Assembly: GCA_964480125.1 (NCBI GenBank)
Contig: CAYZNV010000003.1
Coordinates: 3,201-67,200, forward strand
Direction of reading: 5' to 3'
Length of the DNA: 64,000 nucleotides
Source: an uncultured archaeon
Lineage (GTDB): Archaea; Iainarchaeota; Iainarchaeia; Iainarchaeales; VGJJ01
The notes under the pieces were generated by a model that was not told where the DNA came from, ran no database searches, and worked only from the letters and a program-made list of their open reading frames with translations. A program made the translations under genes and the position numbers. Below, one piece after another: positions 58,659-64,000 of the stretch (positions are counted from its first letter, which is position 1; each line of letters starts with the position of its first letter).

Positions 58659-59396
58659 TTGAAACAAAACAAACGCGATCCAAACGTGGTTTGGGAGCAG
58701 GCTCACTCAGCTCGAAAGGGTTCATCAACGCTCCCAACCACCTTCCTTACACTTGCTTTTTGGCCCCAGAAAGCAAAACAGAAAGAATGCATAGCACCCC
58801 ATTTTCTCCTCCAACTCGGCCGGTCACGCCAACCCATGCGGGGCCGGCCACTCCTTCTTTTCGTTTGGCATTTATACTCAAACATCTTTCTGAAATGCAT
58901 GCCCAAACGCGTTCCACGAAAGCCAGGGCACCAGCCAGCAACATGGGAGCCAAAACTACGCGCACTTACCCCAAAGAAACGTGAAACAATACTCCAACTA
59001 ATCAATGGTGACCCAAGCATTTTACATTACGACAAAAATCAAAGAGGATACAAGGCGCTAGCAGAAAAATTACGACGATCCAAATTTTTTGGAAGAAAAA
59101 ACATGATCGAATTATTGACGCACGACATTGGGCTCGTGCCTTATGCAATGGGCCCAAACGGATTCAATCCCACTCACCCCACACCCGAATGGTTTGCGCG
59201 CAAAGTGCAACTTGCGATTGAACGCGGAGCATCACACGTACAAGTTGATTGGAGAAAAAATCCAAAACTAGCATATCTGCTCAACTATTCAGCAAAAAAT
59301 CAGCACTTTGGATACCACAGTTGGACGAAATTAGTGGAGGCTATTAAGGCCGGGACATTCCAACCAACTATTATTCGGCGCACTGGCACCCAATGA
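58659..59396 (+). CDS. Hypothetical protein; 5' boundary uncertain (see the candidate RNA finding)
   Basis: The C-terminal roughly 100 aa look protein-like. The N-terminal half lies in a GC-rich segment where four ORFs overlap in different frames. Confidence 0.25.
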   Translation: MKQNKRDPNVVWEQAHSARKGSSTLPTTFLTLAFWPQKAKQKECIAPHFLLQLGRSRQPMRGRPLLLFVWHLYSNIFLKCMPKRVPRKPGHQPATWEPKLRALTPKKRETILQLINGDPSILHYDKNQRGYKALAEKLRRSKFFGRKNMIELLTHDIGLVPYAMGPNGFNPTHPTPEWFARKVQLAIERGASHVQVDWRKNPKLAYLLNYSAKNQHFGYHSWTKLVEAIKAGTFQPTIIRRTGTQ

Positions 59397-59440
59397 GTTT
59401 TAACCCTATCTTTGCGTTTCTCTTATAGTACGGATTCTCG

Positions 59441-62089
59441 TTGTTCCACCCAATACGTGCGTCCGCTCCCAACAATATGATTACGCACCTCACGCAAAAA
59501 TACCCCGAAAAAGAAGTCTATGCGGCGCTACATCCCTTGCTCGGGGCCTACTTCAAGCACCACTTCAAGGGATTCACGGAGCCCCAGCTCTATTCCATTG
59601 TGAATATCCACCAGCGCCAAAACATCCTCATTTCCGCGCCCACCGGAACAGGAAAAACACTCTCTGCATTTGCAGCAGTCCTCTCCGAACTCATGACCCT
59701 TTCAGAAGCAGGAAAGCTCGAGGACAAAATTTATTGCATTTACATCTCACCTTTACGCGCACTCTCTAACGACATCGAAAAAAATCTCAATACCCCACTT
59801 GAAGAAATCAAAAAAGCAGCCGAAAAAATAGGAAAAGAATTCCCCATCCGCGTGGCGGTAAGAACAGGAGACACGACTGCCAACGAGAAAAGCAAAATGC
59901 TATCCAAACCCCCGCACATTCTCATCACTACACCTGAATCACTAGCCATCACGCTCACCGCGCCAAAGTTCTCATTAAACATGAAAGAAGCCCAATGGAT
60001 GATTGTGGATGAAATCCACGCACTGGCAGCGGGAAAGCGCGGTGTGCAGATGTCTCTTACGATGGAATCACTCCAGCGACTCGCTCCCGCGATTACGCGC
60101 ATCGGACTCTCTGCAACCGTTGCACCCCTGGATGAAGTCGCAAAATATCTCGTTGGGAATTGGCATCCTGGCACCGAGAGAGATTGCAAAGTCGTGGATA
60201 TTGCTCACATCAAAAAAATGGACTTGAAAGTACTCTCTCCATTGCCGGATTTGATCAATACTACTACCAAAAAAACACACGAAGCACTCTATCGCACGCT
60301 GGATGATTTGATTCAATCCCACAAAACAACGATTGTCTTCACCAACACCCGTGCCGCTACTGAGCGCGTGGTGCATCATCTCAAGGAGAAATCCCCCGGA
60401 ACGTATGAGGGATTCATTGGCGCACATCATTCCTCGTTATCGCGCGAGCACCGCTTGATGGTGGAGAATCAATTGAAAGAAGGAAAATTGAAGTGCTGCG
60501 TTTCCTCTACTTCACTGGAATTGGGAATCGACATCGGGTATGTGGACCTCGTCATATTGCTGGGAAGCCCCAAAGGAGTCGCACGCGCATTGCAGCGAAT
60601 CGGACGCGCCGGGCATCGATTGCACGACACGGTGAAGGGACGCATTGTGGTATTGGATCGCGATGACCTCGTGGAATGCGGCGTGCTATTGAAGAATGCA
60701 CTCGAGAAAAAAATTGATCGCGTAAATATCCCAAAGAATTGCTTAGATGTACTGGCACAACACATCTTTGGAATGGTCGTGAATGAACCAAGGGGAATCG
60801 ATGAAGTGTTTGATGAAGTGCGACGCGCCTATCCCTATACCAATCTCCCACGCGCTGATTTCCAAGAAATACTGAATTATCTCTCTGGAGTGTATGCGGG
60901 ATTAGAAGTGCGCAACGTCTATGCCAAGATATGGGTGGATGAAAAGACGGGATTGATGGGCAAGCGAGGAAAGCTCGCGCGCGTGCTGTATATGACCAAC
61001 GTGGGAACCATTCCCGACGAAGCCAAGATGACCGTGAAGATTGGAGAAAATAGAATCGGAACTCTCGATGAAGGATTCATGGAACGACTCAAGCGCGGGG
61101 ATAAGTTTGTGTTAGGAGGAAGCGTGTTCGAGTACTTGTTCGCGCGCGGAATGACCGTGCAAGCAAAACCTGCCACGGGACAACTTCCAACAGTCCCTGC
61201 ATGGTTCTCTGAAATGCTCCCTCTTTCATACGACTTGGCCATGGACATCCAAAAATTCCGCCAACTCATGGATGAAAAATTCCGCATGAAGAAGAGCAAG
61301 AAAGAAATCGTAGAGTTCGTGGACAAATATCTCTATGTGGACGCGAATGCGGCGAATGCCATTTATGAATATTTCAAAGAACAATTTGAGTATGCCGAGA
61401 TCCCCCACCATGGAAAACTCGTCATCGAAACCGTGCGCGAAGGAGACATGAGTTACTGGGTATTCCATTCCCTTTTTGGAAGAAGAGTCAACGACGCCCT
61501 TTCACGCGCCTACGCATTCTCGCTCGGAAGACTATTGCACAAGGACATCGATATCTTACTATCTGACAATGGATTCGCACTATTATTCCACGGAAAAGCC
61601 TCTCCCGAGAAACTCATGGGAGCCGTTCATTCTTGGGAGTTCCGCAAAATTCTCGAGGTCGCATTGCGTGAAAGCGAAGTCCTACGCAGACGCTTCCGCC
61701 ATTGTGCCACGCGTGCATTAATGATTTTGCGCAATTATCGCGGACGCGTCAAAAGCGTGGGAAGGCAACAGATGTCTTCACGCTTATTGCTTTCAGCAGT
61801 CATGCGACTCGATGAAAACTTTTCCGTACTACGCGAGGCACGCCGCGAGGTCATGGAAGACTTAATGGACATTACGCACGCGCACGAGATTGTAGTGGCA
61901 TTAGAACAAGGCATGATGGGGACCAAAATCATCCAACCCGAGAGCTTTACTCCCTTCGCATTTGCATTAATTGCCCAAGGACACCACGACACCGTCAAAA
62001 TGGAAGACCGCCTTGCATTCATCAAGCGCATGCACGAGAAAGTACTCCAAAAAGTCGAAGCCAAAGAGGCCAAGGCGAAAAGCAAATAG
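59441..62089 (+). CDS. lhr: Lhr-core-like ATP-dependent DNA helicase (SF2)
   Basis: Walker A PTGTGKT, DEIH box, SAT, QRIGRAGH motif VI; long C-terminal domain; 882 aa. Confidence 0.8.
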   Translation: MFHPIRASAPNNMITHLTQKYPEKEVYAALHPLLGAYFKHHFKGFTEPQLYSIVNIHQRQNILISAPTGTGKTLSAFAAVLSELMTLSEAGKLEDKIYCIYISPLRALSNDIEKNLNTPLEEIKKAAEKIGKEFPIRVAVRTGDTTANEKSKMLSKPPHILITTPESLAITLTAPKFSLNMKEAQWMIVDEIHALAAGKRGVQMSLTMESLQRLAPAITRIGLSATVAPLDEVAKYLVGNWHPGTERDCKVVDIAHIKKMDLKVLSPLPDLINTTTKKTHEALYRTLDDLIQSHKTTIVFTNTRAATERVVHHLKEKSPGTYEGFIGAHHSSLSREHRLMVENQLKEGKLKCCVSSTSLELGIDIGYVDLVILLGSPKGVARALQRIGRAGHRLHDTVKGRIVVLDRDDLVECGVLLKNALEKKIDRVNIPKNCLDVLAQHIFGMVVNEPRGIDEVFDEVRRAYPYTNLPRADFQEILNYLSGVYAGLEVRNVYAKIWVDEKTGLMGKRGKLARVLYMTNVGTIPDEAKMTVKIGENRIGTLDEGFMERLKRGDKFVLGGSVFEYLFARGMTVQAKPATGQLPTVPAWFSEMLPLSYDLAMDIQKFRQLMDEKFRMKKSKKEIVEFVDKYLYVDANAANAIYEYFKEQFEYAEIPHHGKLVIETVREGDMSYWVFHSLFGRRVNDALSRAYAFSLGRLLHKDIDILLSDNGFALLFHGKASPEKLMGAVHSWEFRKILEVALRESEVLRRRFRHCATRALMILRNYRGRVKSVGRQQMSSRLLLSAVMRLDENFSVLREARREVMEDLMDITHAHEIVVALEQGMMGTKIIQPESFTPFAFALIAQGHHDTVKMEDRLAFIKRMHEKVLQKVEAKEAKAKSK

Positions 62090-62125
62090 TTCCATATTAT
62101 TAACAAGAAATGAAACCGATTACTA

Positions 62126-62719
62126 ATGGCAACCAAAAGTGCTACTCGGAAAAAAGTAACGGTAATTGGAGTGCTTCATTCAACCAAAGCAGTTGGATCA
62201 CTGCAATCATTTAGAAAAGCAACAACACGATTGAGAGAAAAATATCCCAGGATGGGAGTAGAGAAAATAGTTGAACCCACTCCAAGAGGAAGTAGTATGC
62301 GAAGCGATCCAGCTTATCGCTATTTCCTTGGACAACAAAAAATTGCACAGCGAGCAAAAGTAAAATTGGAAGAAATTGAAAATCCACTCGCACACCGTAT
62401 GCGCGTCGATTTGGGAGAATCCATGCAAGCATTTGCGTATGACATGCACTCAGGCAAAAAGCATGAATTACGAGTGGGAAAGCACATTTATGGAAAATTT
62501 ACTCATGCCGAAATGAGTGAATTAGTAGATGCTATTGATTATTTCCGGTCACGCATGATGGAAAATGAAGCAAAAAAGAAAGGACTAGAAATCATGTTCG
62601 TTGGGGTGCCCCATGACAGACATATTCGCTCAAAAGGAATTAAATCAAGTGACGCACAACTATATGCAAAGTACAAAACTCTTATCTCTAAAATCTACAG
62701 GGACTTACAACGGAGCTAG
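62126..62719 (+). CDS. Hypothetical protein (AT-rich codon usage) inserted between lhr and the MPE gene
   Basis: 197-aa ORF; no motif recognised. Confidence 0.35.
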   Translation: MATKSATRKKVTVIGVLHSTKAVGSLQSFRKATTRLREKYPRMGVEKIVEPTPRGSSMRSDPAYRYFLGQQKIAQRAKVKLEEIENPLAHRMRVDLGESMQAFAYDMHSGKKHELRVGKHIYGKFTHAEMSELVDAIDYFRSRMMENEAKKKGLEIMFVGVPHDRHIRSKGIKSSDAQLYAKYKTLISKIYRDLQRS

Positions 62720-62721
62720 AA

Positions 62722-63465
62722 ATGTCTACTAATTCTCCCTTACCCATCGAACTCGCACCCGGATTCCATGCGATTGATTTGGGTCTCTATATTGCCGCGG
62801 ACGATTGCTTGGTTATTTCGGATTTGCAGCTTGGAATCGAAGAATACTACAACTCCATGGGAGTCATGCTTCCCCGCTTTAATTTTGCAGAAGTAAAAAA
62901 GCACCTCAAAAAAATATTCGAGAAAAAAATGCATTTCTCTCATATTGTGTTGGATGGAGACATCAAGCACGAGTATGCTAAAAGCTCCAACCAAGAATGG
63001 AGAGAAATCATCGAGTTGTTGGAATTACTTTCATTGCATGCCGCACACATCTCCATCGTCAAAGGCAATCATGATTTGTGGCTGGACCCCATCGCGCGCT
63101 TTGCCAAAGTCGACGTGCACAATCAAGGACTGCTCCTCGAGAAAAGCAACACCTATTTATGCCACGGGCATGAAATTCCCTCTAACTTGGAATATGAAAA
63201 CGCCACCACCATCGTGATTGGACACGATCACCCCGCAATAGAGTTACAAGAAGGCGCCAAGCGAGAAAAATTCAAGTGCTATTTAGTGGGAAAATATGGG
63301 AAGAAAAAACTCATCGTATTGCCTTCATTCAATTTCGCCGCAGTAGGAAGCGATCCTCGCGTTTCCGCGCTATCTCCTTTTCTCAAACAAAATTTAGACA
63401 GCTTCCACGCGTGGATGGTAGAAGATGAAGTGTATGCGTTTGGGAAACTCAAAGACCTGCCGTGA
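62722..63465 (+). CDS. Metallophosphoesterase (calcineurin-like; Lhr-associated MPE type)
   Basis: D-x-H...GDIKHE...GNHD metallophosphatase motifs. Confidence 0.6.
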   Translation: MSTNSPLPIELAPGFHAIDLGLYIAADDCLVISDLQLGIEEYYNSMGVMLPRFNFAEVKKHLKKIFEKKMHFSHIVLDGDIKHEYAKSSNQEWREIIELLELLSLHAAHISIVKGNHDLWLDPIARFAKVDVHNQGLLLEKSNTYLCHGHEIPSNLEYENATTIVIGHDHPAIELQEGAKREKFKCYLVGKYGKKKLIVLPSFNFAAVGSDPRVSALSPFLKQNLDSFHAWMVEDEVYAFGKLKDLP

Positions 63466-63768
63466 TCAAAATCTAATACCAAGAATTTTCTTCATTAAAC
63501 TATAATCAGGCAATATCCCTTTTCGACTACATGCGCGAAAATACGCAGTCATCTGTGTTTGCTGTTTGGGAGTCACATTGTGCTTGAACTGATGCTTTGC
63601 ATACCACCCGATTGCAGAAATAAAAGCCGCATCCTCTGGAGTAGGATGGTTACGCGGGTCTGCGAAGAATGCCTTTTTTTCAGCAGGAGAACCAAATACC
63701 TTCTCATCCCATGGCATTAATTTTCCTCTACGCCGCAGTCTAGAAACGGGTTTTCGAGGACGAGGCAT
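63466..63768 (-). CDS. Hypothetical basic small protein
   Basis: 100-aa ORF. Confidence 0.3.
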   Translation of the reverse strand: MPRPRKPVSRLRRRGKLMPWDEKVFGSPAEKKAFFADPRNHPTPEDAAFISAIGWYAKHQFKHNVTPKQQTQMTAYFRACSRKGILPDYSLMKKILGIRF

Positions 63769-63813
63769 AGGCGGAAGAAGTAAGCGGAAGGATTTAAGGA
63801 TAGGCGAAATAAG

Positions 63814-64000
63814 CTATTTATCTTTCGAAAAATGCCTTTTGATAGGCTGTTTCCACTTGGCAATGGGATATTCCTCGAACTCAGGAAAAAGAGTCTTCTC
63901 ATACAACAAGCGCGAAAAACACTCAGCGGTGCGCTTAGCATCATCTAACGCATTATGCGCTCCCACGCGGCGAGGCAATCCAACGAACTCACAAATATCA
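63814..64000 (-). CDS. DEDDh 3'-5' exonuclease (DnaQ-like), C-terminal fragment; 5' end lies outside the window
   Basis: Frame not listed in the ORF track; translates as ...VGAHNALDDAKRTAECFSRLL... (Exo III motif H-x4-D). Confidence 0.5.
   Translation of the reverse strand, partial: DICEFVGLPRRVGAHNALDDAKRTAECFSRLLYEKTLFPEFEEYPIAKWKQPIKRHFSKDK

Noticed and set aside
58620-58990. RNase P RNA in the GC-rich segment
   Set aside because: The near-universal GGAAAGUCCGG (CR-I/P4) motif is absent on either strand. An SRP-like or other RNA remains possible but unproven.
63717-63944. 75-aa minus-strand ORF from the ORF track
   Set aside because: A different minus-strand frame encodes a convincing DEDDh exonuclease C-terminus (HNALDDAKRTAE) running to the window edge. 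The listed ORF is the wrong frame.
1-64000. Mobile elements, integrases or prophage
   Set aside because: No transposase, integrase, capsid or terminase-like ORFs were recognised. The low-GC islands lack flanking direct repeats or adjacent tRNA-integrase pairs.

Overview
This 64 kb window is a densely coding archaeal chromosomal segment, about 80 genes at mid GC, with no rRNA operon, CRISPR array or recognisable transposase. The archaeal hallmarks are the transcription factor TFB, archaeal-type two-subunit PheRS and TyrRS, ribosomal protein L35Ae, diphthine synthase, NucS/EndoMS and two class II tRNAs with no encoded CCA. Housekeeping genes include cysS, tyrS, pheS, pheT, ftsZ, eno, adk, tmk, rnhB, trxA, a peroxiredoxin, ScpA and ScpB. 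The window is unusually rich in DNA-repair genes (Nth, PolX, DinB, NucS, Lhr-core with a metallophosphoesterase, a DEDDh exonuclease fragment), and many genes look bacterial in origin. The most interesting signal is not protein-coding. A family of seven roughly 50-65 bp two- or three-hairpin elements, with a conserved CGAGAA core and compensatory stem changes, sits almost entirely at convergent gene 3' ends. Other observations include an operon of two secreted Gly-rich proteins with a dedicated signal peptidase, a low-GC dCMP-deaminase/uridine-kinase island, an Asp-type MurA-like gene in an archaeon, a low-GC gene inserted between lhr and its MPE partner, and a GC-rich candidate structured RNA near 58.6-59.0 kb. 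All calls rest on reading the ORF translations and the sequence by eye; no searches were run.
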